A stretch of 63,593 nucleotides of DNA, counting the filler. It is 8 parts of 8 records of this genome, joined end to end, with 100 filler letters (N's around TTAATTAATTAA, not from the genome) between each part and the next. Parts side by side here need not be neighbours in the genome. Positions count along the whole stretch, not along the records: positions 45,798 to 58,207 come from SRR31156797_6031; 7 more parts are not named here. One strand, written 5' to 3'. Of this stretch, positions 48,536-58,307 are shown piece after piece. The notes beneath the pieces are model-generated. The model saw only the letters and a program-made list of their open reading frames with translations, was not told the origin of the DNA and searched no databases. Each line of letters opens with the position of its first letter. Position 1 is the first letter of the stretch. Made by a program: the position numbers and the translations under genes.

Positions 48536-48688
48536 ATGAGATTTGAATCATTAATTTGGATACTACTATTAGTTGCAGCAGTTACAACAAGTCAGGTTAT
48601 TAGAAATGTTATGAAATTAAAAAATGATGAGCCTTTGGAAAATAATTTTGGGGCAAATTTAGTTAGATTATTTTATAAAAAGAAATAG
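48536..48688 (+). CDS. Small membrane peptide (50 aa)
   Basis: GAGGT RBS; MRFESLIWILLLVAAV...; shorter than any ORF in the supplied track. Confidence 0.45.
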   Translation: MRFESLIWILLLVAAVTTSQVIRNVMKLKNDEPLENNFGANLVRLFYKKK

Positions 48689-48742
48689 AGAACTTTTAAC
48701 AATCATTAGAATCTATATATAAAATAAGAACGGGAGAAAAAA

Positions 48743-49420
48743 GTGGATGATTTAAAAAAATTATCATCATATCTAAAAAGCATATCATATTTTTCTAGTT
48801 TAAATGATAGTGAAATTGATCTTATTGTAAGTAATTCAATAATTAAAAAATATAATGAAAATGAAGTGATCCATAACCCGGTGGAGAAATGCGTTAGCTT
48901 TGATGTAGTAATTAAAGGCAAGTTGAAAGTTGCAAAATATAGTTTGTCAGGGAAAGAGCAAATACTAAATTATATTACTAGTGGAGAAACTTATGGCGGA
49001 GTGCTTATCTTTTCAGAAAAAAATTATCCGGCATATATTAGTGCAGAATATGACTCTATACTTCTTCAAATTAGTAAAGAGACACTTTATATTTTATTCT
49101 CTAATAAAAAGTTTTTAGCTTGTTTTTTAGATGAGATGAGTAATAAAATATTGAGGCTTTCGGAATTTATTGAGATAATTTCATTGAATTCTATTCAAAA
49201 AAGAATTGCTCTTTATTTATTGAAGTTAGCAAAACAGAGTAATTCAAAGATTGTAAGGCTAAATAAAAATAAAACTCAAATTGCAAAAGAATTAGGCTCT
49301 GTGAGAGAGGTTATTTCCAGAAATATAAAGAAGTTGCAAGAAGCTGGTCTTATTAAAGAGTTAGAAGGTAGTAAAATTGAGATATTAGATATTGAAAAAT
49401 TAGAAGATATTTTATTTTGA
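48743..49420 (+). CDS. Crp/Fnr family regulator (HcpR-like)
   Basis: cNMP domain (GKEQIL...GE), HTH IAKELGSVREVISR; no Fnr-type Cys cluster. Confidence 0.88.
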   Translation: MDDLKKLSSYLKSISYFSSLNDSEIDLIVSNSIIKKYNENEVIHNPVEKCVSFDVVIKGKLKVAKYSLSGKEQILNYITSGETYGGVLIFSEKNYPAYISAEYDSILLQISKETLYILFSNKKFLACFLDEMSNKILRLSEFIEIISLNSIQKRIALYLLKLAKQSNSKIVRLNKNKTQIAKELGSVREVISRNIKKLQEAGLIKELEGSKIEILDIEKLEDILF

Positions 49421-49440
49421 CGTGTGACTATAGTCACGCG
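49421..49440. promoter_or_regulatory. Crp-family operator, possibly also a terminator hairpin
   Basis: TGTGA-CTATAG-TCACG; perfect palindrome GTGACTATAGTCAC followed by a T-rich run. Confidence 0.65.
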
Positions 49441-49654
49441 TTATTTTTATTTTTTGTTGTATTATATTCTTGTCGAAAGGAAGAAAATAAATAAACGAAG
49501 TTAAAAAAAGATTTTAACTTAGAAAATAATTTTAGAATTTTTTTAGAACAAAGTTAAAAAGGGGGATTTTTTAAACAATTCAAAATTGATGCTTTTTTTG
49601 AATTAAAAAATCACACTAAATCATTTTAACTTTAAAAAAAATATAGGAGGTACG

Positions 49655-50131
49655 ATGAGTACAATAATTTTAGTTAGCAGTGCAATTGTGGCGATGCTGA
49701 TATCTTTTATCAAGGATAAAGAAAAAACAAAAAGAAGTATGGGAATGGCAAAGGGAATGTTACTGAAAACAGCTTGGGATATGATAGGAGTTTTGGCAAT
49801 AATTGGAATGATTCTAGCACTATTACCGGAGGAACTTATACAGAAATTATTAGGAAATAGTAATACTTTATTTAGCGCAATATCCGGTGCACTAATAGGG
49901 ACTGTGACAATAATACCTGCATTTATTGCTTTTCCATTATCATCATCACTTGTTGAGAGTGGAGCGAATTTGGTAGCGATAGCGGCATTTATTACGACAT
50001 TAACAATGGTAGGATTTGCTACTTTGCCACTTGAGATTGAGCATTTCGGAAAGAAATTTGCTTTTGTGAGAAATACTTTGAGTTTTGTAGTGGCTTTACT
50101 AATTGCAGCTGGGATGGTGATCTTTTTATGA
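49655..50131 (+). CDS. Predicted permease subunit (ArsP/DUF318-like)
   Basis: IP.FIAFPL...L...GA...AAFITTL.MVG..T.PLE...FG. Confidence 0.8.
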   Translation: MSTIILVSSAIVAMLISFIKDKEKTKRSMGMAKGMLLKTAWDMIGVLAIIGMILALLPEELIQKLLGNSNTLFSAISGALIGTVTIIPAFIAFPLSSSLVESGANLVAIAAFITTLTMVGFATLPLEIEHFGKKFAFVRNTLSFVVALLIAAGMVIFL

Positions 50132-50829
50132 TGAGTATAGATATAATTAAGAAAAATAAAATAATGGTAGCAGCGATGCTAATGTATGTTTCGATGTTCT
50201 TTTTCAACAATGAAGTATTTAATGTGGGAATGAAAAATACAATGATGTATCTGAAAGAGATGTTAGAAATTATGCCGGCGATATTTGTTTTATCGGGATT
50301 ATTAAACGTGTGGGTTCCCAGAGAAGTTATAGTTAAGAAGTTCGGAGAAGATTCAGGATTTATAGGGAAATTGATGTCAATACTCCTAGGGGCGATATCA
50401 GCGGGACCGATCTATGCAGCTTTTCCAATTACGCAGTCGCTTCTTTACAAGGGAGCAAGTACATCAAATATAGTAATAATTATAAGCTCTTGGGCAGTTA
50501 TAAAAATTCCTATGTTTATAGTAGAAGCAAAATTTCTTGGCTTAAAATTTGCAATTATAAGATATTGTCTGACGATTCCGGGAATATTATTGATAGGTTA
50601 TTTAACAGAGAAACTGGTTAAAAGAGAAGATTTTCCTCAAAATAAGTCTGATCAAATAGCGGAGGAAATATCTGCGATGTTACCTGACTTTAATTGTGGA
50701 AGTTGTGGATATAATAGTTGTATGGCTTATGGGCAGGCTATTTCTGATGGAAATGAAAAGATTACTCTCTGTAGACCGGGAGGAGAGAAATTAGTTGGGG
50801 AAATAAGGATGGTTGTGAATGGTGGGTAG
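50128..50829 (+). CDS. Permease subunit with C-terminal Fe-S domain
   Basis: SAGP.YAAFP; C-terminal LP..NCGSCGY.SC...C.PG (RnfB-type FeS). Confidence 0.8.
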   Translation: MMSIDIIKKNKIMVAAMLMYVSMFFFNNEVFNVGMKNTMMYLKEMLEIMPAIFVLSGLLNVWVPREVIVKKFGEDSGFIGKLMSILLGAISAGPIYAAFPITQSLLYKGASTSNIVIIISSWAVIKIPMFIVEAKFLGLKFAIIRYCLTIPGILLIGYLTEKLVKREDFPQNKSDQIAEEISAMLPDFNCGSCGYNSCMAYGQAISDGNEKITLCRPGGEKLVGEIRMVVNGG

Positions 50830-50834
50830 GAAAA

Positions 50835-50985
50835 CCTTAAATCCTCCTAAATCCCCCTAAATCCCTAATAGATATTTCAAAAAAGCGTTGAAATATCCTG
50901 CGGGTGCTACCCCCTTTGGTTAAAGGGGGACTTAAAAGCTTAAGAATTCCCCCCTCTTTATCAAAGAGGGGGGCTAGGGGGGTGA
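50835..50985. repeat. REP/MITE-like palindromic element
   Basis: Three tandem TAAATCC-containing 10-mers, CCCCCTTT-GGTT-AAAGGGGG and CCCCCCTCTTT-ATC-AAAGAGGGGGG hairpins; related hairpin at 58177-58207. Confidence 0.6.
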
Positions 50986-50986
50986 T

Positions 50987-51880
50987 TTATTCAACACAAC
51001 TTTTAAAATACTCTATCTTTTCTTTACAAATTTCAGCTGTTAGTTCTTTCAAAACTTCAACTCTTTGTACTAAATATTCCAGTTCCTCTTTTGTTACTTT
51101 GAAATTTTTATGATATCTAGAACCAATATAGGCATCCCTTAGAAGTTTAAACAGCCTTTTTTCCTCTTTGGTTGTTTTCGGGAAAGCTTCTCTAAACTTT
51201 TTATCTTCATCGCAAGCCATATCATTCAGTTTAAACAAATTATGTGTTTTAGGTCTATAATCTGTAAATACAAGCATGATTGTCATGTAAAGCCTTTCTG
51301 TTGCTTGATGCAATTCGAAAGAAGCATTTTTTAAATATTTGATATCATATTGAGATTCCTCAACGTGGAAATGATAGGTTCTTAAAAATCTATTTGCATC
51401 TGCTGAACTCTCTTCAAAATACTCTTCAGCTTTCTTAAATCTTAAATGATACGGAATTTTTTTTGGCTCTTCGAACTCCCTACCTTTTGGATTACTTAAG
51501 ATATAACCCTCTTTATAAATATCACAGAAAAAATATCTTTTTTCTTCCAGCATTTTTACAACATATGGATAACCATGAAAAATAAGTCCAACAGGAGTTT
51601 TGAGATTTAGTTTCTCAATCTCTTTATACACATCCATTTGATAATTCAGAGTTTGTGCTTTCTTTTCATTATTCATTAAAAGAAGCAAATCATAATCACT
51701 GAGATATTCAAAAGTTGTACCATTCTTTTCGTATCTATCCTCTACCCAAGTTCCTCGGGCATAACTTCCATATAGAATAATTGTATTAATTTTTAAAAAT
51801 TTCGTTTCTATTACTTCAATAATTTGCTTTAATTCTTCTTGCTTATGAGCAGGTAAAAATTCAGGTATTCCGGTTTTCAC
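50987..51880 (-). CDS. Fused nucleotidyltransferase-HEPN protein
   Basis: LYGSYARG...SDYDLL MNT motif; F.LHQATE...KTHNL...AY..SRY HEPN. Confidence 0.9.
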   Translation of the reverse strand: MKTGIPEFLPAHKQEELKQIIEVIETKFLKINTIILYGSYARGTWVEDRYEKNGTTFEYLSDYDLLLLMNNEKKAQTLNYQMDVYKEIEKLNLKTPVGLIFHGYPYVVKMLEEKRYFFCDIYKEGYILSNPKGREFEEPKKIPYHLRFKKAEEYFEESSADANRFLRTYHFHVEESQYDIKYLKNASFELHQATERLYMTIMLVFTDYRPKTHNLFKLNDMACDEDKKFREAFPKTTKEEKRLFKLLRDAYIGSRYHKNFKVTKEELEYLVQRVEVLKELTAEICKEKIEYFKSCVE

Positions 51881-52285
51881 GATTCAGCCTCCTAAATTGT
51901 TTTTTTAAGTAAGATGTTTTTAATTTCAATCACGAATTAAGATTGAAATGTTTTGAAAACATCATCTACTCTCTAGTTAGAATGATTTAATCTGACTTTG
52001 GTTAGAAAAATAATGAAAGTTTTTTGCAGAGTAAGTTTTCTTTCTATTATAGCATAGATTTAGGGAAAGATGTGTGGTGTTATTTTTAGTAGTTTATGTT
52101 GATTTGTGAGTAATTTGGATTAGAATTGTGGAGAAAAATTTAGTAATAAATTCTAAAGGTTTTATTTTTATCTGTTTTGTGTGGAAAATGTGTGGAAATA
52201 ATGTTAATATTTAAAAGTATGTTTAAAAAACCTAAGTATTAATAAATAATACCACTTTGTGTCTTTATGTGTAGGCGTTTTGTGA

Positions 52286-52314
52286 TTGACGGGGTGTTTT
52301 GGGTTAGGTATAAT
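52286..52314 (+). promoter_or_regulatory. sigma70 promoter of the nuclease-helicase operon
   Basis: TTGACG, 17-nt spacer, TATAAT. Confidence 0.75.
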
Positions 52315-52418
52315 GGTTGGTAAGGTTATTTTCTAAGCATATACAAAAGACGCAACTCTTTGCGAGTTCTGTCGTCTATAAACGGATTATATGAAAACGA
52401 TAAAATTAAGGAGGAGAA

Positions 52419-53085
52419 ATGATTCCGGGAACAGAAGTTAATATCGTCGATTTAGATAGTTTGTGCCAGCTATATATTTTTAACATAAAAGAAAACAGTG
52501 AAAAGTTACAAAACTATATTGAGAATTATTTGGTTACCATTTGTGAAGGAGATAGTGGTAGTTGTGTTGCTAACGTAAAAAAAGAATTAGTAAATTTTTT
52601 TGAATCTGGAGGAAAACTCTATAAAAAAAGGATTTGATGGCTATTATTCAAAAGATGGTGAAGAATGGGTTATGGAAAGTAAATCTGGTACTTTAACAGA
52701 AAGAAATAAAATAACTCATCCTGGTAAAATAAGAGAAGCATTTGTTGATTTAAAAGAAAAGCTTGAAGGAGATACGAGCAATAATCCTTGGAAAAATGCT
52801 TATAATCATGCTAGTCATATTGATGTAAAAACAGATAAAGCCATTCGTTTAAATATAAAAAAATTATCTGATAATTTTATCAACAAGGAATATCCAGACA
52901 TTTCAAAATTAAACATTATTCCAACATCTACAATATTTCTTGACGAAAATTGGCAGGATTTTGATTTAAGCGAAATAAAAACAAAATTTAAAACTCAAAT
53001 CAATAATTTTGAATTTAATAAGTTAATTATTATTTGTACAACAAAAAACTCAGTGAATACACTGTATGAAATAATTAGTGAGTAA
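52419..53085 (+). pseudogene. HamA-like PD-(D/E)xK nuclease broken by a frameshift
   Basis: AGGAG RBS before 52419; second frame carries KKGFDG...MESKSG; break at the T7 run 52595-52601; upstream of a helicase. Confidence 0.6.
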
Positions 53086-53100
53086 AGGGGGGATTATTTT

Positions 53101-55509
53101 ATGAATAGAATTGAAATTAATGGACATAATTCGTTAAAGAGAATCAAAGGATATAAAGAAATTTTAACTAAATTGACTTTAGGGAAAGAATTAAATTTTA
53201 AAGAGCAAAGTTTTATTCTTTCATGTGCAATTGTTCTTTCAAAATATTATGAAAAAGATAAGCGATTAACAAGTTACATTGAACTAGCTTATTATATTAT
53301 TCTAAAATACTCAGTATCATATAAAAATTATGAGCCTCTTTACGATTTTTCAATGAACTTTGGGTTTTATCCTATAGCTAAAAAAATTGTCGATTTAAAT
53401 TTACACAATTCTTTGAATTTAAATGATTTTTTGATTCATCAAAATATATCCGAATTTTTTCATAAGGGTTATACCGAAACAATTGAGCAAAATAAAATTA
53501 GAAAAAAGTTATTAGAAGATGATTTTAATGAAACTTGTTTGGTTGCTCCAACATCATTTGGAAAAAGTACATTCATTGAAGACTATCTAACAAAATTAGA
53601 CTCCAATTTCCCGAAAATTGCAATAATAGTTCCAACAAAATCATTATTAATGCAAACTTATAGAATGATTAAAAAATTAAATTTAAAACGAAAAATAATC
53701 ATTCACGATGAAATGTTTGAAAACGAAACTCAATTTATTGCTATTTTTACACAAGAAAGAACCTTAAGACTATTAGAAAGAAAAAAAACTTTCTTTGATT
53801 TAATTTTTGTTGATGAAGCTCATAATATTTTTAATAAAGATCAAAGAAATATTCTACTTGTAAGAGCGATAAGGAATTCTAAATTAGTTAACCCTAACCT
53901 AAAAATTATTTACCTTTCTCCATTAATCTCAAATGTAGAGAATTTATTAATAGCTGATAATCAATTTATTGAAGAACAAAGAATTTCATTTAATATTAAA
54001 GAACCAGAAATTTTTGAATACAAAGTTAATAAAGAAATATTTAAATATAATCGATTCCTTAATGAACAGATTAAAATAGGAGAAAGTGATGATTTATTTT
54101 CATACATTCAGGAAAATATTTATGATAAAAACTTTGTTTATTTAAGACATCCTCGAAAAATAGAAGAATTCTCTATACAATTTTCTGAGACACTTCCAGA
54201 TGTTACACCTAATAAAGAACTTCAAGAAATTATTGAAATATTAAGTAAATATATTCATGAAGAGTTTTACGAAATTGATTTGATAAAAAAGGGAATTGTT
54301 TATCTACACGGAAAACTTCCAAATTTGATCAAAGAATATTTAGAATATAAATTTAAAAATATAAAGGGAATTAAATTTGTTATTGCAAATTCTGTTATTC
54401 TTGAAGGTATGAATCTTCCAATTAATACTTTATTCATTTTAAATACACATTCATTAGGAAAAAAGGAATTAACTAATTTAATAGGGCGTGTAAATCGATT
54501 AAATGAAATATTTCAACCAGAGGAGAATAGATTAAATTATTTATTACCGAACATTCATTTTGTTAATTCAGATTATTTCAATCGTGTAAATGGGAATATG
54601 TTCAATAAAATTAAGCAACTTAGAAGTAGAGATTATACAGATAAAATTTCTAATCCCCTTTTAAAAGAATTTAATATTGAAAATGAACCTAATAAAGAAA
54701 AAGTGGAATTGATTATTAAAGAAGAGAGCTTTATTCAAGAAGAACATTCTGAAAAAAATATGCAAATAAAAGCATATTTAATTAAGGAAGGATTTAATAG
54801 TTTTTATAAGAATGTCGATACTGCATCTAATGATATATACGAATCTTTTAATTCTATTGATTCTAGCTTTCAGTCACAACGGTTATTAGATAAAATATCA
54901 GATTGTTTTGTATGTAACCCTGAAAATGTTGCTGATCCCGAAATAAAAAGATTAAAAAATATTGAAGCAAGAAATTTTTATGAATTTCATATTAAAACAA
55001 TGCATCAAAATTCTCTAAAAGAAAATATTCTTCTTACTTTTCAATATTTTTTAAAGAAAAAAGAAAGATTAGACCCTATTTTGTATATTGGAGATTCATA
55101 TGGTGAATTTTCATATCCAACTGATGATTATCCTAATCCTAAAGAAGTATATATAAATCTAATGGGAAAAGAGCCTAAACAACTAATAAATCTAGCAGTT
55201 GTAAAACTAGAAATTGAAAATAAATTTATTAGTTATAAATTAAATAAATTAATTACAATGTTATATGATTTCAATATTATTGAAGAAGATGAATATAATT
55301 TGTATATTTACGGTACAAATAACAAAGAAAAACTAAATTTGACTAAAATTGGACTTTCATTAAATTTAATTTCAAAATTAGAAGCAGACAATCAAATAGA
55401 AAACATCTTTTTAGATGAATATAATAATTTAGTTGTAACTAAAGAATTTGAAAAATTTTTAGATTCTATTGATGATTTTTATAGATATGAAATTATAAGA
55501 AACCTTTAA
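53101..55509 (+). CDS. SF2 DEAH-box helicase (HamB-like)
   Basis: APTSFGKS, VPTKSL, TQER, DEAH, LHG.LP, LEGMN.P, NLIGRVNR. Confidence 0.85.
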   Translation: MNRIEINGHNSLKRIKGYKEILTKLTLGKELNFKEQSFILSCAIVLSKYYEKDKRLTSYIELAYYIILKYSVSYKNYEPLYDFSMNFGFYPIAKKIVDLNLHNSLNLNDFLIHQNISEFFHKGYTETIEQNKIRKKLLEDDFNETCLVAPTSFGKSTFIEDYLTKLDSNFPKIAIIVPTKSLLMQTYRMIKKLNLKRKIIIHDEMFENETQFIAIFTQERTLRLLERKKTFFDLIFVDEAHNIFNKDQRNILLVRAIRNSKLVNPNLKIIYLSPLISNVENLLIADNQFIEEQRISFNIKEPEIFEYKVNKEIFKYNRFLNEQIKIGESDDLFSYIQENIYDKNFVYLRHPRKIEEFSIQFSETLPDVTPNKELQEIIEILSKYIHEEFYEIDLIKKGIVYLHGKLPNLIKEYLEYKFKNIKGIKFVIANSVILEGMNLPINTLFILNTHSLGKKELTNLIGRVNRLNEIFQPEENRLNYLLPNIHFVNSDYFNRVNGNMFNKIKQLRSRDYTDKISNPLLKEFNIENEPNKEKVELIIKEESFIQEEHSEKNMQIKAYLIKEGFNSFYKNVDTASNDIYESFNSIDSSFQSQRLLDKISDCFVCNPENVADPEIKRLKNIEARNFYEFHIKTMHQNSLKENILLTFQYFLKKKERLDPILYIGDSYGEFSYPTDDYPNPKEVYINLMGKEPKQLINLAVVKLEIENKFISYKLNKLITMLYDFNIIEEDEYNLYIYGTNNKEKLNLTKIGLSLNLISKLEADNQIENIFLDEYNNLVVTKEFEKFLDSIDDFYRYEIIRNL

Positions 55510-55578
55510 AATTAATTTGCCTAATTCCTTAAAATTAACTAAAATATAAATAGAAAATCAATAAAAAGGAACCCAACC

Positions 55579-56157
55579 ATGACTAAAATAACCTATAAAA
55601 ATTTCAAAAACGGAGATATTAGCAACTTAAAAAAACTGTGTAACAACTTAATGAAATTTCAAGCCGATCATGCGAAAATAAAACCAGAAGTGATGGCAAG
55701 TATGAACTTCGAAAATAGATTACTTCCTGATTACAATAAAGCCTCAAGGAAATATATGACTGTTGCTTACGACGGAGATAAACCAGTTGGATTTGCCTTT
55801 GCAGTAGTTGGAAATGTAAGTCAGGCTGATATTAACTTGAAACCTGTATGGGCAGATACTCTAGGAGGAATAGGATTTTACCCAAGTGACTATAATGTCC
55901 CGATAACTATTGGTACATTTAAACTGCTGTATGTTGATCCAAACTATAGAGGACTCAATATCGGAGTAGAGCTTAGTGCAATGATCATGAAATGGCTAAA
56001 AAGCCATGATGATGTAAAAGACCTATGGGTATTCGTTGCAAACGGTAATGAAAAAGTAGGCAGGTTTTACGAAAAACTTGGTTTCCATCACAGCCATTCT
56101 GTATTTAACGGTTTTATAGAAGCTTATACCCAAACAGTGAATAATGTGATAGAATAG
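55579..56157 (+). CDS. GNAT family N-acetyltransferase
   Basis: LYVDPNYRGLNIG, N.....FYEKLGF. Confidence 0.88.
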   Translation: MTKITYKNFKNGDISNLKKLCNNLMKFQADHAKIKPEVMASMNFENRLLPDYNKASRKYMTVAYDGDKPVGFAFAVVGNVSQADINLKPVWADTLGGIGFYPSDYNVPITIGTFKLLYVDPNYRGLNIGVELSAMIMKWLKSHDDVKDLWVFVANGNEKVGRFYEKLGFHHSHSVFNGFIEAYTQTVNNVIE

Positions 56158-56187
56158 TACTTTAGAACGTGATGGGGAGGACTAATA

Positions 56188-56565
56188 ATGAACAAGCAGG
56201 CGATATTAAAAGAACTTATAAGTAATACCTCAAACAAAAAAAATAAAAAATTGTTAGAAGAATTGAATAATAAAAATTCGAATAGTCGAAAATTTGGATT
56301 TCTGCCAAAGAAGAAACATAAATTGACAGAGTGTATAGACTATATTGAAAAGCAAAACTTTGATATGTCTGGCTGGATGTTATGGGATGTTCCTGCGAAA
56401 TATGTCCATTGTTTTATCAATAATGATACTAAGCAAGCATTTGATTTAATAGTGTTAGATACCGGTGAAGTTATAGCGAGCTATCTAAAGGATGGTTCTG
56501 ATGCTGATGCTAAAACTATCGCTGAAGCAATAGAGAAGTACGACACTTCTGATTATTGGAGCTAA
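56188..56565 (+). CDS. Hypothetical protein
   Basis: GGAGG RBS; 125-aa ORF. Confidence 0.65.
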   Translation: MNKQAILKELISNTSNKKNKKLLEELNNKNSNSRKFGFLPKKKHKLTECIDYIEKQNFDMSGWMLWDVPAKYVHCFINNDTKQAFDLIVLDTGEVIASYLKDGSDADAKTIAEAIEKYDTSDYWS

Positions 56566-56628
56566 AAGCAAATCTTTCCGAGTTAACCCGCGACAAAAGA
56601 TACTCTTATAAATTTATATAAAATATGA

Positions 56629-56668
56629 AGGTGTAATGAATGAGGTAAAGAACCTTATCATTGCGCCT
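56629..56668. repeat. About 40-nt imperfect hairpin repeat, copy 1
   Basis: AGGTGTAATGAATGAGGTAAAGAACCTTATCATTGCGCCT. Confidence 0.75.
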
Positions 56669-56835
56669 ATTTTATTTGTTAAAAATAAATTATAATTTTT
56701 TAAAATTAACTGTAAAAGAGACTAATTTTGTTTTATATTAAAAATTATCAAAAAGCGTATTTTGACACCTTTACAAAGATGCGTAAAAAAGCTATACTTA
56801 TATTAAGTTTTTTAATAAAAACTGGAGGAGGAAAT

Positions 56836-57600
56836 TTGAAGAAAATTATTATTATATGTTTATTTGTTTTAGCTTCTGTATTCTCATTCGGAAGAGATTT
56901 TGTAATTGCAGGAATTCCGGAAGAACCAAGTAGGTGGTTAAATGAAGAAGGTAAATTCCAAGGTTTAGATGTAGATATTATTGATTATATTATGGCTGAA
57001 ATGGGAATTGAATATAGAATAATATTAGAAAAATCATCAACTAGGCTTAGAGGTAATTGGAAAAGAGAAAACTCACCATATGATATGATTTTTACATATT
57101 CTCTAAATGATGATCGTAAGAAATTTTTAAATTACGCTAATGAATCACACGTTAATTTTTCATGGAATTTTTTTATACGAAAAGAAGATGAGGGAAAGTT
57201 TGTATTTAAAAATTATGAAGATTTAAGAGGAGTTAAAATAGGAGCAACAAAAGGGTTTAGTTATAGTCCTGAGTTTTGGAAAGCAAGTGATGATAAAATT
57301 ATAAAATTAGATACTGTTGTAAAAAACGAACTTCAATTATCAAAACTGTTTAAAAAAAGATTTGATATGGTTCCTTTAAATACTCAAACAACACTTTATA
57401 GAGCAAAGAAAAATGGGTTTTCTGAAAAGATTTCATTTTTATCAAAACCAATAAAATCAAAACCATATTATAATACCTTTGTGAAATCATCAAATTATCC
57501 AAATATAGATAAAATTATAAAGGATTACGATGTAATATTAAAAGAGATGAAAGAAGATGGAACTTTGAGTAAAATACTTAGTAAATACGGAATTGAGTAA
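56836..57600 (+). CDS. ABC-type substrate-binding protein (family 3-like)
   Basis: GGAGG RBS and TTG start, signal peptide, G.DVDI, G...G.SY, MKEDGT...I..KY. Confidence 0.82.
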   Translation: MKKIIIICLFVLASVFSFGRDFVIAGIPEEPSRWLNEEGKFQGLDVDIIDYIMAEMGIEYRIILEKSSTRLRGNWKRENSPYDMIFTYSLNDDRKKFLNYANESHVNFSWNFFIRKEDEGKFVFKNYEDLRGVKIGATKGFSYSPEFWKASDDKIIKLDTVVKNELQLSKLFKKRFDMVPLNTQTTLYRAKKNGFSEKISFLSKPIKSKPYYNTFVKSSNYPNIDKIIKDYDVILKEMKEDGTLSKILSKYGIE

Positions 57601-57645
57601 ATGTAAAAAAAATATTAAATATTATAAAAGCACTAAAATAAAAAC

Positions 57646-57686
57646 AGGCGTAATGAATGAGGTAAATAACCTTACTCATTATGCCT
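57646..57686. repeat. About 40-nt imperfect hairpin repeat, copy 2 (probable bidirectional terminator)
   Basis: AGGCGTAATGAATGAGGTAAATAACCTTACTCATTATGCCT flanked by A and T runs. Confidence 0.75.
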
Positions 57687-57695
57687 GTTTTTATT

Positions 57696-58064
57696 CTATA
57701 TCCAGTCCTTATTCGAAGCCAACATTTCAACATCAACACTATCTCCGGTATTAACAGTTCCTGCTGGTTCAATCAACATTACTTCACATTCATTCTCCGC
57801 AACAGGTTTATGCTCAACTCCCTTTGGAACCACATAAAGCTCCCCTGCTTTCAGAACTGCATCTTTATCCCGAAACTTAATTGTCATTGAACCTTTCAAT
57901 ACATAAAATATCTCATCAGTTTCATCATGTTTATGCCAAGTGAATTCACCTTTAATCTTAACTAATTTCAATTGTGTATCATTCATTTGCTCAATAATTT
58001 TCGGTTTCCAAAACTCATTAATTTGAGTCATTTTATCTTGAATATTTATAACTTCTGATTTCAT
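57696..58064 (-). CDS. Cupin domain protein
   Basis: GEFTWHKH..TDE.F.V..G...VP.GVEH.P.A. Confidence 0.9.
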   Translation of the reverse strand: MKSEVINIQDKMTQINEFWKPKIIEQMNDTQLKLVKIKGEFTWHKHDETDEIFYVLKGSMTIKFRDKDAVLKAGELYVVPKGVEHKPVAENECEVMLIEPAGTVNTGDSVDVEMLASNKDWI

Positions 58065-58207
58065 AGAACTTCTCCTTAAAATGTTTTTCTAAGTTGCAGC
58101 GCTCCTTTGCAACTTTGTTTAGAAAAATAATGATATGTTTTAATGATTAAAAAAACTATAAGTTTTTTTCTGTAGCTCCTCCCCTTATCAGGGGGAGGCT
58201 GGGAGGG

Positions 58208-58307
58208 NNNNNNNNNNNNNNNNNNNNNNNNNNNNNNNNNNNNNNNNNNNNTTAATTAATTAANNNNNNNNNNNNNNNNNNNNNNNNNNNNNNNNNNNNN
58301 NNNNNNN
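58208..58307. other. Artificial contig linker
   Basis: N-run with TTAATTAATTAA. Confidence 0.98.

Noticed and set aside
52345-52380. Riboswitch in the leader of the nuclease-helicase operon
   Set aside because: A hairpin (AGACG...AACTC/GAGTT...CGTCT) is present but lacks the conserved core of any riboswitch class I recognise
55579-58064. Integron cassette array
   Set aside because: Intergenic hairpins lack RYYYAAC/GTTRRRY attC ends, no integrase is present, and the last gene is convergent
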